A stretch of DNA of 64,000 bases, from NCBI RefSeq assembly GCF_034111725.1, contig NZ_JAWUWR010000079.1, forward strand, positions 640 to 64,639, in the 5' to 3' direction. The DNA comes from Thalassolituus sp. (GTDB taxonomy: Bacteria > Pseudomonadota > Gammaproteobacteria > Pseudomonadales > Oceanobacteraceae). Below the pieces are notes generated by a model. It was not told the DNA's origin and searched no databases. It worked only from the letters and a program-made list of their open reading frames with translations. Positions 50,081 through 59,301 of the stretch are shown piece by piece (the stretch's first letter is position 1; every line of letters starts with the position of its first letter). A program made the translations under genes and the position numbers.

Positions 50081-50683
50081 TTAGTGGCGGCGATTCAGGT
50101 GTAGGTCTCTGGCTATTGTTCTCATCATCAGCTCGTTGTTGTTGATCAGCTGCTGCATTAATCGTTGTTCTTCGCGGAGGGTGTTCGCCATCGCAACAAT
50201 GGTGCGTTGTTTGGCTAGTGGCGGAACAACGATGGGAGCCTCTTCTAGCACGCTACGGCGAATACTTTTGGTTAGTGTACCCTCAGCATTTTGTTCGAAA
50301 TAGCGCTGAGCGGGTATTTGATTCAGCAACCAAGCAATGAATTCAGGCAGTATGCCCTGTTTCTTCTCATTTTGGCTTTTTAAGCGCACGACGAAGAAAT
50401 GCGGGGCGGCGACGGCTTGTTTGTTGGTGGCGGCCAGTGCTGAGTCTATCGGTATGGCGTAGTTATGGTTACCGCGTGCGGCCACTAAAATATCACCGGT
50501 GGTGAGGTAGTCGGGGGTTCGTTTGCCGGTTAACTCGGTTTTTTGGCAATCAGACCAGCGAATGCCTTCTGCCAGCGAAACATCTTTCATTTGCACCACA
50601 ACCACGGACGAATCGCTAACTTCAGGGATTTTCCCCCGAAACGGATAGCCTGCGTTGATGGTTGCGATCTGTTTTAGTTTCAA
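50081..50683 (-). CDS. single-TRD (half-size) HsdS-like protein
   Basis: MKLKQIA start, GDILVAARG, IAWLLN, VPPLAKQ and terminal coiled coil of one HsdS half; TTG start. Confidence 0.75.
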   Translation of the reverse strand: MKLKQIATINAGYPFRGKIPEVSDSSVVVVQMKDVSLAEGIRWSDCQKTELTGKRTPDYLTTGDILVAARGNHNYAIPIDSALAATNKQAVAAPHFFVVRLKSQNEKKQGILPEFIAWLLNQIPAQRYFEQNAEGTLTKSIRRSVLEEAPIVVPPLAKQRTIVAMANTLREEQRLMQQLINNNELMMRTIARDLHLNRRH

Positions 50684-50890
50684 ACCTATTCCAGTTCATA
50701 GTTAATGATGCAGAAATAATCGTTTGATTATGGTTGGATGTCAAGTTATGGTTGGTTCATCGTCTTTGATGCAAAAAAAGCAATCTAGAATTTGCACTGA
50801 AGCGAGTGTTTGGCTAGTGATGTATTTATCAATATACGGTGATGGTTGCCCTTGTGGCTCGCTATTACTTTCCACTACTGGAGCATGGAA

Positions 50891-51142
50891 ATGACAGATG
50901 TCGATTTACCACAGCGTCCGGTAGCGTTGGATGACGTTTTATCCTTGCATGAGGAATTGCATCTGATCTATCGGTCTTTTGATTCGTTATATGAAATTGT
51001 CGAGTATCAACTGGTCAGCAAAGATGCGGCACTGGTTGCACCGATGGTTTGCATTATCAGAGATAGGTTCGCGCGAGCGGGGTTACGGTATGAGGATATG
51101 TTTGCGGTGCCGAATGGTGAGCAGATGTTTAAGGATGATTAA
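50891..51142 (+). CDS. hypothetical protein (83 aa)
   Basis: ORF with GGAG RBS before ATG 50891; no family recognised. Confidence 0.45.
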   Translation: MTDVDLPQRPVALDDVLSLHEELHLIYRSFDSLYEIVEYQLVSKDAALVAPMVCIIRDRFARAGLRYEDMFAVPNGEQMFKDD

Positions 51143-51238
51143 GTTTCGGTACAAAGAGGAATCGGATTATCTCAATTACTGCATTGGTAAAATGGGTGGT
51201 TGATCTGCAATAGCTTATAAGTATTAGGCGTGTCTTGT

Positions 51239-51267
51239 ATTAGGCGACCGTAGCTCGGTCGCCTAAT
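51239..51267. repeat. 12-bp stem-loop at the right edge of the RM block
   Basis: ATTAGGCGACCG-tagct-CGGTCGCCTAAT; GTATTAGGCG also duplicated at 51221. Confidence 0.7.
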
Positions 51268-51407
51268 GGGTTGAGTTAAACTTTCGGCAGGGTAATCACG
51301 ATTTGATTACCTTTGTTTTGTGTCTTAATACCGTCTTGTTTCAGAGTGTCGCTATAGCAGATGGAATTTTACAAAGCTGTTTTAATTTAATTAGGGTAAT
51401 TTAAAAA

Positions 51408-52532
51408 TTACACTAACTGCATCAACGACTGCTTGCTGTAATCTTCTAACTCGTCGTAGCGACCTTCGCGAATTTTAATAACCCACTCAGGGTCTTGCAG
51501 CAAGGCACGGCCAATTCCGACGAGTTCAAATTCATCGTTATTCATGCGTTGTTCTAATTCAGTAAATGATGCCGTCGCAACGCCTGATGCATCGACCATG
51601 TCGTGTTTTTCTTCATCGATAAAGCTGGCGGTTAAGCCAACGCTACCAACGGTAATCACTGGCTTACCGGTTAATTTTTTGGTCCAGCCTGCGAGGTTTA
51701 AATCTGAGCCTTCGAATTCAGGTTCCCAAAAACGACGGGTTGAGCAATGGAAGATATCAACACCGGCATTGACCAATGGCTTTAAGAAGGCATCCAATTC
51801 TTCTGGCGTATTCGCTAGGCGCGCAGAGTAATCTTGCTGCTTCCATTGTGAAAAACGGAAGATGATGGGGAAGTCTGGACCTACGCGTTCGCGAATGGCT
51901 GATACGATTTCGCAAGCGAAACGTGTACGTGCAACTAAATCGCCGCCGTATTCATCTTCGCGCTGATTAGTGCCTTCCCAGAAGAATTGATCGACTAAAT
52001 AACCGTGTGCGCCGTGAACTTCAATTGCATCAAAGCCAATGCGTTGCGAGTCTGCTGCCGCTTGTGCAAAGGCTTCGACGACTTCGTCGATGTCTTGCTT
52101 AGTCATGGCGATGCCGCCTTCTTTGCCCGGGCGAACTAAACCAGAAGGGCTGTAACCAGGAACCGACACATCAGGCTCTACGCCTTCTTTGCGAACGGAA
52201 CCTACGTGCCAGAGTTGCGGTGCTATTTTTCCGCCTTTGGCGTGCACGGCATCAACGACTTTTTTCCAGCCGGCGAGGGCTTCTTCGCCATAAATAAAGG
52301 GCACTCGTGCATATCCGTTAGCCGCTTTATGACCAATGCAGGTGCCTTCGGTAATGATTAAACCCACTTCATTTTCTGCGCGGCGTTCATAGTAAGCAAC
52401 GTTGAGATCGTTAGGTACGTTGCCCGGTGAAAAGGTGCGAGTCATCGGAGCCATTACAATGCGATTGCGCAAAGAAAGTGGGCCTAGTTCGATAGGCTGA
52501 AACAAAGCAGCGTTGGAAAGGGCTTGCGTCAT
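51408..52532 (-). CDS. NADH:flavin oxidoreductase (Old Yellow Enzyme family)
   Basis: NRIVMAPMTR, QLWHVG, EVHGAHGYLVDQF, GRALL; ATG 52532 after GGAG. Confidence 0.92.
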   Translation of the reverse strand: MTQALSNAALFQPIELGPLSLRNRIVMAPMTRTFSPGNVPNDLNVAYYERRAENEVGLIITEGTCIGHKAANGYARVPFIYGEEALAGWKKVVDAVHAKGGKIAPQLWHVGSVRKEGVEPDVSVPGYSPSGLVRPGKEGGIAMTKQDIDEVVEAFAQAAADSQRIGFDAIEVHGAHGYLVDQFFWEGTNQREDEYGGDLVARTRFACEIVSAIRERVGPDFPIIFRFSQWKQQDYSARLANTPEELDAFLKPLVNAGVDIFHCSTRRFWEPEFEGSDLNLAGWTKKLTGKPVITVGSVGLTASFIDEEKHDMVDASGVATASFTELEQRMNNDEFELVGIGRALLQDPEWVIKIREGRYDELEDYSKQSLMQLV

Positions 52533-52775
52533 GTTAGCTCCATTACGTAGCGAAATTAGGTTGGTTAGGTAGGCCGTTAGCATAGCGCGGCGTTTAATGC
52601 ATTTTAGGAGTGATATGTGCCATTTTGATAGGGTTTCTTGCAGACACTGTTCTAAAAACTAGCAAAAGCGTAGGTTAATACCGGCTTCGCCTATCAGTAG
52701 TAGGCATAGGGCTTAGGGCTGGTTATGCTGCGCAGAGTTTAGCCGCGACACTGCGGAACATTAAAGAGTGGAACT

Positions 52776-53279
52776 ATGAAATTACAAAAGATAGATAAGC
52801 AGCAATATAAGCAACGCCTTAATCGTGTGCAGGCAAGCTTAGTAGTCGCATTATTCGGGCTATCGTTAGCCCTAGCTGAGTTATACCGTTATCTTCTGGT
52901 CGGCGGCGAATCAAGCTTTATGCTTAATGCGGCGGGGGTGGCGACGGCTGCGGCTATCGTGACCTTTGCCCTGTATCACTACCGCAATCATCCATATATG
53001 GCGGAAGTTGTTTATGCCTGGCGCTTAAAGCAGGCTTTAAATAAGATTTATCGCTCGTCTAAAAAAGTGGATGCGGCGTTGGCGCTAGATAATCCTATTG
53101 CTGTGCGTATTCGCTATTTCAGTTTGCATGCGTCTGCGCACTTATATCAGCTGGAGGATAATACCTTGACCATGCCAGAGCTGAATGAGCAGATTGCCGA
53201 ATTAGACCAGCGAATTGAGCGTCTAGGCTTAAACGTAAGCATCGAAGATTATTCGCCGGAGTTATTGAGCCAGCTTTAG
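52776..53279 (+). CDS. DUF3087-like membrane protein
   Basis: MKLQKIDKQQY start, two TMs, HPYMAEVVYAWRLKQ.LNKIYR, Y.LEDNTLT. Confidence 0.7.
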   Translation: MKLQKIDKQQYKQRLNRVQASLVVALFGLSLALAELYRYLLVGGESSFMLNAAGVATAAAIVTFALYHYRNHPYMAEVVYAWRLKQALNKIYRSSKKVDAALALDNPIAVRIRYFSLHASAHLYQLEDNTLTMPELNEQIAELDQRIERLGLNVSIEDYSPELLSQL

Positions 53280-53387
53280 CTGCAAGGAGTTGAGCAAAGT
53301 GTTTACACCTTGTAACACACCAATACTGGCCTGATAGGAAATAGTGCTGTTAATCTGCGCATAACCTTACTTTTATGACTGGTATCT

Positions 53388-53726
53388 ATGCGTATTCGGC
53401 CTTTATTTTTCTTAATGCTTCTATCTGCTGGTGCGATTACTCATGCCCAGCCATCGGACTTGGAGATTTTAAAAATCCAAACCATCGCTTCCTGTGTCGA
53501 TGATGTGTTTTATCAAGGCGGTTACGAAGACGGTGATGAAAATCGCGTTGCGCTCATTGATACCATGCTGACCTTGTTAAACCTACCACCGTTCGACGAA
53601 GAGTATCTCTACTTAGAAGTTGAATACGACGGCAAGGTATCGTCAGAGGTTTACTACCAATGCATCAGTGCAGACCGTTCCTTACTCGATGAAACGGCAG
53701 AAGCGTTAGGGGTCGTCGCTCACTAA
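53388..53726 (+). CDS. hypothetical exported protein
   Basis: signal peptide ending THA; acidic mature region with two Cys. Confidence 0.65.
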   Translation: MRIRPLFFLMLLSAGAITHAQPSDLEILKIQTIASCVDDVFYQGGYEDGDENRVALIDTMLTLLNLPPFDEEYLYLEVEYDGKVSSEVYYQCISADRSLLDETAEALGVVAH

Positions 53727-53805
53727 TCGCGGGTGCGCAATAAATTCAAAACCTGTAAACTACGCGCATTTTTACGCTAACTGATGTTCGCAGGGCTTCC
53801 TGACC

Positions 53806-55212
53806 ATGATGAAATACATTTCTACCCGCGGTAACGCACCTGAGTTGACCTTTGAAGACGTACTGCTGACTGGCCTTGCAACCGATGGTGGTTTGTATGT
53901 GCCGAAAGAAGTACCACAGTTTTCTTTGGCTGAAATCGAATCATGGCGCGACCTGCCATACACTGATTTAGCGCATAAAGTGATTTATCCGTTTGTCGAA
54001 GGTTGTGTTGATTCTGACGCGTTGCAAACCATGATCAACGAAGTGTACGGTGCATTTGGTCATAAAGCGGTAGCACCTTTACAGCAGTTGGATAACAACG
54101 AATACGTACTTGAGTTGTTTCACGGCCCAACCTTAGCGTTTAAAGACTTTGCCTTACAGCTGTTAGGTCGCTTGTTGGATTACGTGCTTGAGCGTCGCAA
54201 CGAGAAAGTTGTAATCATGGGCGCCACGTCTGGTGATACCGGCTCAGCTGCGATTGAAGGCACTAAAGCTTGCCGTAATGTGGATATCTTTATTTTGCAT
54301 CCATACGGCAAAGTGTCGGAAGTACAGCGCCGTCAGATGACTACAGTTGTTGGCGATAACATTTTCAATATCGCGATCAAAGGTAACTTCGATCAAGCCC
54401 AAGACATGGTTAAAGCCAGCTTTGGCGATCAGTCGTTCTTGCGCGGTGAGCGTAAACTGGTTGCAGTAAATAGCATCAACTGGGCGCGCATCATGGCCCA
54501 GATCGTTTACTACTTCTATTCAAGTCTGAACTTGGGTGGTCCTTTACGTCCGATGGCGTATTCAGTCCCTACCGGTAACTTTGGCGATATCTTCGCAGGC
54601 TATATGGCTAAGAAGATGGGTTTGCCGATTGAGCAGTTGATCATTGCGACCAACAGCAACGACGTATTGCATCGTTTGATGAGCCAAAACTTGTACGAAG
54701 TTCATCCGCTGCAGCACACGATTACGCCGTCTATGGATATCGCGGTGTCTAGTAACTTCGAGCGTTTGTTGTTTGATCTATACGATCGCGATGGCGCAGC
54801 TTTGGCTGATTTGATGGCCAAGATGAACAAGCGTACTGAATCAGTTGAAGTCTCTGAAGACAAGCTAGGTAAGGCGCGTGCCTTGTTCGATAGCTTTGCC
54901 GTAAGTGAAGATATGACTGTACAAACCATGCAAGAAGTTTACAAAGAAACAGGCTACTTGCTTGATCCTCACACGGCTATTGGTGTGAAAGCGGCGCGCG
55001 AATGCCGTCGTAACCCACGTATCCCTATGATCACTTTGGGGACCGCGCATCCAGTGAAGTTTGAAGATGCTGTGTTGCGTGCCGGTTTCGATATGCCGAA
55101 GTTACCGCATCACTTGTCGGATTTAATGACGCGTGAAGAGCGCTTAGAAGTGTTGCCGGCTGATTTGGCAACGGTGCAAAAATTTATCGCAACCAACACT
55201 TTTAAAGACTGA
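53806..55212 (+). CDS. thrC: threonine synthase
   Basis: YISTRG, ELFHGPTLAFKD, ATSGDTG, NSINWAR, VPTGNFG, TAHPVKF. Confidence 0.96.
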   Translation: MMKYISTRGNAPELTFEDVLLTGLATDGGLYVPKEVPQFSLAEIESWRDLPYTDLAHKVIYPFVEGCVDSDALQTMINEVYGAFGHKAVAPLQQLDNNEYVLELFHGPTLAFKDFALQLLGRLLDYVLERRNEKVVIMGATSGDTGSAAIEGTKACRNVDIFILHPYGKVSEVQRRQMTTVVGDNIFNIAIKGNFDQAQDMVKASFGDQSFLRGERKLVAVNSINWARIMAQIVYYFYSSLNLGGPLRPMAYSVPTGNFGDIFAGYMAKKMGLPIEQLIIATNSNDVLHRLMSQNLYEVHPLQHTITPSMDIAVSSNFERLLFDLYDRDGAALADLMAKMNKRTESVEVSEDKLGKARALFDSFAVSEDMTVQTMQEVYKETGYLLDPHTAIGVKAARECRRNPRIPMITLGTAHPVKFEDAVLRAGFDMPKLPHHLSDLMTREERLEVLPADLATVQKFIATNTFKD

Positions 55213-55227
55213 TCGCCACATCAGCCT

Positions 55228-55255
55228 AAAAAAGCCACCCTCGGGTGGTTTTTTT
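55228..55255 (+). terminator. intrinsic terminator after thrC
   Basis: AAAAAAGCCACCC-tc-GGGTGGTTTTTTT. Confidence 0.88.
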
Positions 55256-55308
55256 GTGGCATCCTGATGCTTATTCGTTGGCTTATTATACAGATTTTAG
55301 GAATTTTC

Positions 55309-55779
55309 ATGGATTATCAGACCTTGCAGGAATATTCACAGGGTTGGATATTTCGTCATCGTGAGTTGGTGTTATCGGAAGAATGCTTAGCCGATATCAA
55401 GCCACTATCAACGCGATTCGCTAATCAATATTGGCGTCAAAATATCAGTGCGGAGGCGACACATGCCTCTCATTTTCTTGGTGATGATTGGCCTTCGCAT
55501 AACGGGATCTGGCTAGAAAAAGGGGAGTGGCAAGCTGCTTGGGAAAGTGACGATATGGCGCTGCCTGAGCTGCTGCAGGCCTTCTCTGACTGGAACGATA
55601 ATACGGTCGTGTACTTTTGCTATGACATTAATAATGTTGTTCAGACTACATGGCGAACCTTTAAGCAAAGCTGGAAGAACTTCTTATTTTACGATGATGA
55701 GCCAATCATGCTCGCTAAACGTCGTATGCAAGTGGCGCGTTTTCATTCAAATGGTACTTACGAAACCGGTATTCGTTAG
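55309..55779 (+). CDS. DUF2947-like protein
   Basis: Trp-rich, WIFRH, WQAAWESDD, VYFCY, WKNFLFYDDEP. Confidence 0.7.
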   Translation: MDYQTLQEYSQGWIFRHRELVLSEECLADIKPLSTRFANQYWRQNISAEATHASHFLGDDWPSHNGIWLEKGEWQAAWESDDMALPELLQAFSDWNDNTVVYFCYDINNVVQTTWRTFKQSWKNFLFYDDEPIMLAKRRMQVARFHSNGTYETGIR

Positions 55780-55894
55780 TCATACTGCTGGGTGCTTAAC
55801 TTGCAAGATCAAGATGTGACTTTTACACTGATCTATCATTCCTGCAGGGCCAAGTTTGGCCGCTGCCACGACGCGACAGTTAATGAGGCCCCTT

Positions 55895-56359
55895 ATGAAA
55901 GGCGATAGCAAAGTACTCGAATGGCTCAATCAAGTATTGAGTATCGAATTAACGTCGATCAACCAGTATTTTCTGCATGCTCGTATGTTTAAAAATTGGG
56001 GCTTGTCAGAGCTCAATGAAAAAGCCTACAAGAAATCAATCAAGGATATGAAGCAAGCGGATGCTTTGATTGAACGAATTCTATTTCTTGAAGGTTTACC
56101 AAATTTACAGCGTTTAAATCGTTTACGTATTGGTGAGCACACTGCGGAAATGTTGCAGTGCGATTTAGATCAAATAGTCGAGCAATTAGACGTTGTTAAA
56201 GATGCGATTGCGTATTGCGAATCGGTGAAAGATTTCGTTACTCGAGAGCTATTGGAAGATATTCAAGAGTATGAAGAAGAATACCTCGACTGGCTGGAAA
56301 CCCAGCAAAGCTTGATCGCGCAGATCGGCATTGAAAATTACCAGCAGTCAATGATGTAA
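55895..56359 (+). CDS. bfr: bacterioferritin subunit, haem-binding (Met52), ferroxidase centre degenerate
   Basis: INQYFLHARM, SIKDMKQAD, ERILFLEGLPNLQ; ATG 55895 after GAGG. Confidence 0.88.
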   Translation: MKGDSKVLEWLNQVLSIELTSINQYFLHARMFKNWGLSELNEKAYKKSIKDMKQADALIERILFLEGLPNLQRLNRLRIGEHTAEMLQCDLDQIVEQLDVVKDAIAYCESVKDFVTRELLEDIQEYEEEYLDWLETQQSLIAQIGIENYQQSMM

Positions 56360-56371
56360 GGAGTTATTTGT

Positions 56372-56842
56372 ATGCAAGGTAATCTGCAAGTTATCGAAAA
56401 ATTGAATGAGTTACTCGCTGGCGAATTGAGTGCAATGGACCAGTATTTTATTCATTCCCGTATGTACGACGATTGGGGTTTGAAAAAGCTCTATGAGCGC
56501 ATAGATCACGAGTTTGAAGATGAAAAAGCACATGCTTCAAAGTTGATTGAACGTATTTTATTTTTGGGTGGTAAACCCGACATGGTCACTCGCGTGCCGC
56601 TGAATGTAGGTAGCGATGTGCCATCTATGTTGCAAAGCGATTTGGATCTTGAATATAAGGTCATTATTGATTTGCGAGACGTTATGGCACTGTGCGAGCA
56701 AGTGCAAGATTATCAAACCCGCGATATGCTGCAGGGCTTGCTTGATGATACTGAAAATGACCACGCTTACTGGCTTGAACAGCAGCTTGGCTTGATCGCT
56801 AAGATAGGTTTGCCGAATTATTTGCAGTCGCAAATGGGATAG
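56372..56842 (+). CDS. bfr: bacterioferritin/bacterial ferritin subunit, ferroxidase-competent, no haem Met
   Basis: [38 protein letters not shown]. Confidence 0.88.
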   Translation: MQGNLQVIEKLNELLAGELSAMDQYFIHSRMYDDWGLKKLYERIDHEFEDEKAHASKLIERILFLGGKPDMVTRVPLNVGSDVPSMLQSDLDLEYKVIIDLRDVMALCEQVQDYQTRDMLQGLLDDTENDHAYWLEQQLGLIAKIGLPNYLQSQMG

Positions 56843-56862
56843 GTTCTGCTATATGCGTGTCG

Positions 56863-56886
56863 AAGCTCCCCTTGGGAGCTTTTTTT
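56863..56886 (+). terminator. intrinsic terminator after the bfr pair
   Basis: AAGCTCCC-ctt-GGGAGCTTTTTTT. Confidence 0.85.
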
Positions 56887-57001
56887 GTGGAATCAAAACC
56901 TTGCAGGCTGGAGTATTCGGCAAAATACGACCATTTGTACGTATGGCAGTTACTTGGTTTGTGATTAAATACCGCAGCAATTTTGGGTGAGGTAAGCAGT
57001 T

Positions 57002-57778
57002 ATGCCCCGTTGGGTATTTTGTACGTTAGCTATCGCTAACTTAGGGCTGGTAGGTTGTAGCAATTGGCCTTCGCAGGCACATCGTGATGTCACTATTGAT
57101 ACAATAAAAGCCGAAATGGCGAGCGCCTGCGCAACGGCGGCGACTGACCCTGAATTATTTCGTCAGTTGTCTTCACAATTGTCGATTCAAGAGCAGCAGC
57201 TAGCGGTAATGCGTGGGCAGCTAGAGGTTATTGCCACTGAAGCGTTGACCGAAACACCGATTATTGCAGCTAGCACTCCCGTTCAGGCATGTGAAAAAGT
57301 AAGCTTGGTTAAAGATGTTGGTGGTGATCATAAGATTGTTGTTGGTGCCAACGAATGGATTTATCTCAATCCTCCTGGCCATCACTTTCAAGCTCGCATT
57401 GATACTGGTGCAGCAACTTCCTCGTTAAACGCATTAAACGTTCAACAATTTGAGCGTAATGGCCAACGTTGGGTATCGTTTGATTTGGTGGCGAGTGATG
57501 CTAAAACACCTTTGCATCTAGAAGCTCCGATGGTGCGCAAAGTGAAAATCCGCCAAGCATCCTATGAAGAAATTGAGCGCCGTCCAGTGGTGGAACTGGA
57601 TGTCGCTCTTGGTAATAGCATTATGCAATCAACGGAATTCACCCTGACCGATCGTACCCAGATGAAATATCCCGTATTGCTAGGCCGTAGTTTTTTGCGA
57701 GATTTAACCTTGGTCGATGTAGCGATTGAATTCACACATCCTAAATATGAACCCGAACAGGTGATAGATACACCATGA
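57002..57778 (+). CDS. RimB-like retropepsin-fold protease (annotated 'ATP-dependent Zn protease'), lipoprotein
   Basis: LVGC lipobox, ARIDTGA, ERRPVV, FTLTDR..M.YPVLLGR. Confidence 0.85.
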   Translation: MPRWVFCTLAIANLGLVGCSNWPSQAHRDVTIDTIKAEMASACATAATDPELFRQLSSQLSIQEQQLAVMRGQLEVIATEALTETPIIAASTPVQACEKVSLVKDVGGDHKIVVGANEWIYLNPPGHHFQARIDTGAATSSLNALNVQQFERNGQRWVSFDLVASDAKTPLHLEAPMVRKVKIRQASYEEIERRPVVELDVALGNSIMQSTEFTLTDRTQMKYPVLLGRSFLRDLTLVDVAIEFTHPKYEPEQVIDTP

Positions 57779-59301
57779 TCCAACGCCGCAACGTTCCTTT
57801 TTTGGCGCTTATATTGATTTTATTGTCGATAGGAATTGCGTTGATCTTGCACCGTCATTGGGTTTACGAAGTTCCACTAATGTACGGTGAGACGCAAACT
57901 GTTTGGTCGATAGAGGCGCGTGTTGAGTTTGTGGCAAATGGCGATGCTGTGACGGTGTCTTTGGTGCGTCCTTCCGCCCAAGACGGTTATAACATTTTGC
58001 AGGAGTCTGGAGCCTCTCCGGGTTACGGTTTGAATTTTATTGATGAAGGTGAGCCGCGGGCAGAATGGACGATTCGCACTGCGGCGGGCCGTCAAGAGCT
58101 TTACTATCGCACTGAGATTTTAGAAAGCCAATCATCTACAGCAATTCCAAAGCCAGCACCGGCATTACGCCATCCAGATTGGCCAGAACCCTATCGCTCT
58201 GCCATTGGTATGGTGCTGAGTGAAGCGTATACAACGTCGGCAGATAACTTCAGTCTTACTCGCGAATTACTTAAACGTTTTAATAGCCAATCGCCGCCAC
58301 AGCATATCGAGTTATTGCGCAGTTATTCCAATGGACATCGTGCCGCATTGCTAGCCGAGATATTAAATCACGCACAAGTTCCTGCGAGTGTGGTTTATGC
58401 CTTGGCGTTAGAGGATGGGCGTCGTCGTCAATCGTTAACGCCGTTATTACGTGTTTGGAGTGGTGATGAGAGTGAAGTTTTTTATTTAGACGCTAACGGT
58501 GGTAGCGATTTACGCGATCAACCGAAAATATTATGGGAGCAGCGTGGCGCGCCCGTACTGGATGTAATTGGCGGTAGTGATTCGCGCGTACGTTTTTCAA
58601 TGATACGTCGCGAGGAATCAACCTTTACTTCGATCGCAGATAACTTATCCGATCAGCAAAATTTCTTAAATTTTTCTATTCACAGTTTACCAGTGGAAGA
58701 GCAGGCAATGTTTAAGACTATCTTGCTGCTACCGGTAGGCGCTTTGATTGTTTGTATTTTACGTATTTTAGTGGGTATTCGTACTTCTGGAACGTTTATG
58801 CCTGTATTGATTGCCTTAGCGTTTGTACAAACGTCGTTAGGTACAGGACTGATTGGCTTTTCGTTAGTGGTTGCTGTGGGCCTATTTATTCGTAGTTATT
58901 TATCGCGATTAAATTTGTTATTAGTTGCGCGGATAACCGCAGTGATTATTTCGGTTATCGGCATCATCAGTATCTTCAGTGTTTTATCTTATAAATTGGG
59001 ATTAACTGAAGGCCTAAAAATCATGTTTTTCCCAATGATTATTTTGTCATGGACGATCGAGCGTATGTCGATCCTTTGGGAGGAAGAGGGTGGGCGAGAA
59101 GTGATGATTCAAGGCGGCGGTAGTTTACTCACTGCGGTTTTCGCCTATGGTGCGATGAATGATTCTTGGGTCCGCCATTTGATGTTTAACTTTATCGGCA
59201 TGCAGTTTGTTGTTTTGGCTTTGGTATTAATGATAGGAACTTACGCAGGCTATCGTCTTTCTGAATTAAAACGTTTTGCGTCATTTAGGACGAGAGCTTA
59301 A
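57775..59301 (+). CDS. inactive transglutaminase fused to a 7TM domain
   Basis: N-terminal TM, LEDGRRRQ, C-terminal 7TM with G..TSGTFMPVL and FPMIILSWTIERMS. Confidence 0.85.
   Translation: MIQRRNVPFLALILILLSIGIALILHRHWVYEVPLMYGETQTVWSIEARVEFVANGDAVTVSLVRPSAQDGYNILQESGASPGYGLNFIDEGEPRAEWTIRTAAGRQELYYRTEILESQSSTAIPKPAPALRHPDWPEPYRSAIGMVLSEAYTTSADNFSLTRELLKRFNSQSPPQHIELLRSYSNGHRAALLAEILNHAQVPASVVYALALEDGRRRQSLTPLLRVWSGDESEVFYLDANGGSDLRDQPKILWEQRGAPVLDVIGGSDSRVRFSMIRREESTFTSIADNLSDQQNFLNFSIHSLPVEEQAMFKTILLLPVGALIVCILRILVGIRTSGTFMPVLIALAFVQTSLGTGLIGFSLVVAVGLFIRSYLSRLNLLLVARITAVIISVIGIISIFSVLSYKLGLTEGLKIMFFPMIILSWTIERMSILWEEEGGREVMIQGGGSLLTAVFAYGAMNDSWVRHLMFNFIGMQFVVLALVLMIGTYAGYRLSELKRFASFRTRA

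Larger units (their letters stand above)
40069..50683 (-). other. type I restriction-modification defence locus with interleaved cargo genes
   Basis: co-oriented half-hsdS, hsdM, mini-dinD, fic, hsdS, KAP NTPase, rhuM, hsdR, ygjP with tight or overlapping junctions; mosaic base composition; no integrase seen. Confidence 0.9.

Noticed and set aside
46279-50683. Phase-variable hsdS shufflon
   Set aside because: Both hsdS-like genes are co-oriented, share no obvious long repeats, and no invertase is present
53299-53318. Imperfect palindrome GTGTTTACA-cct-TGTAACAC
   Set aside because: Short, single copy, no cognate regulator nearby; cannot be supported as an operator
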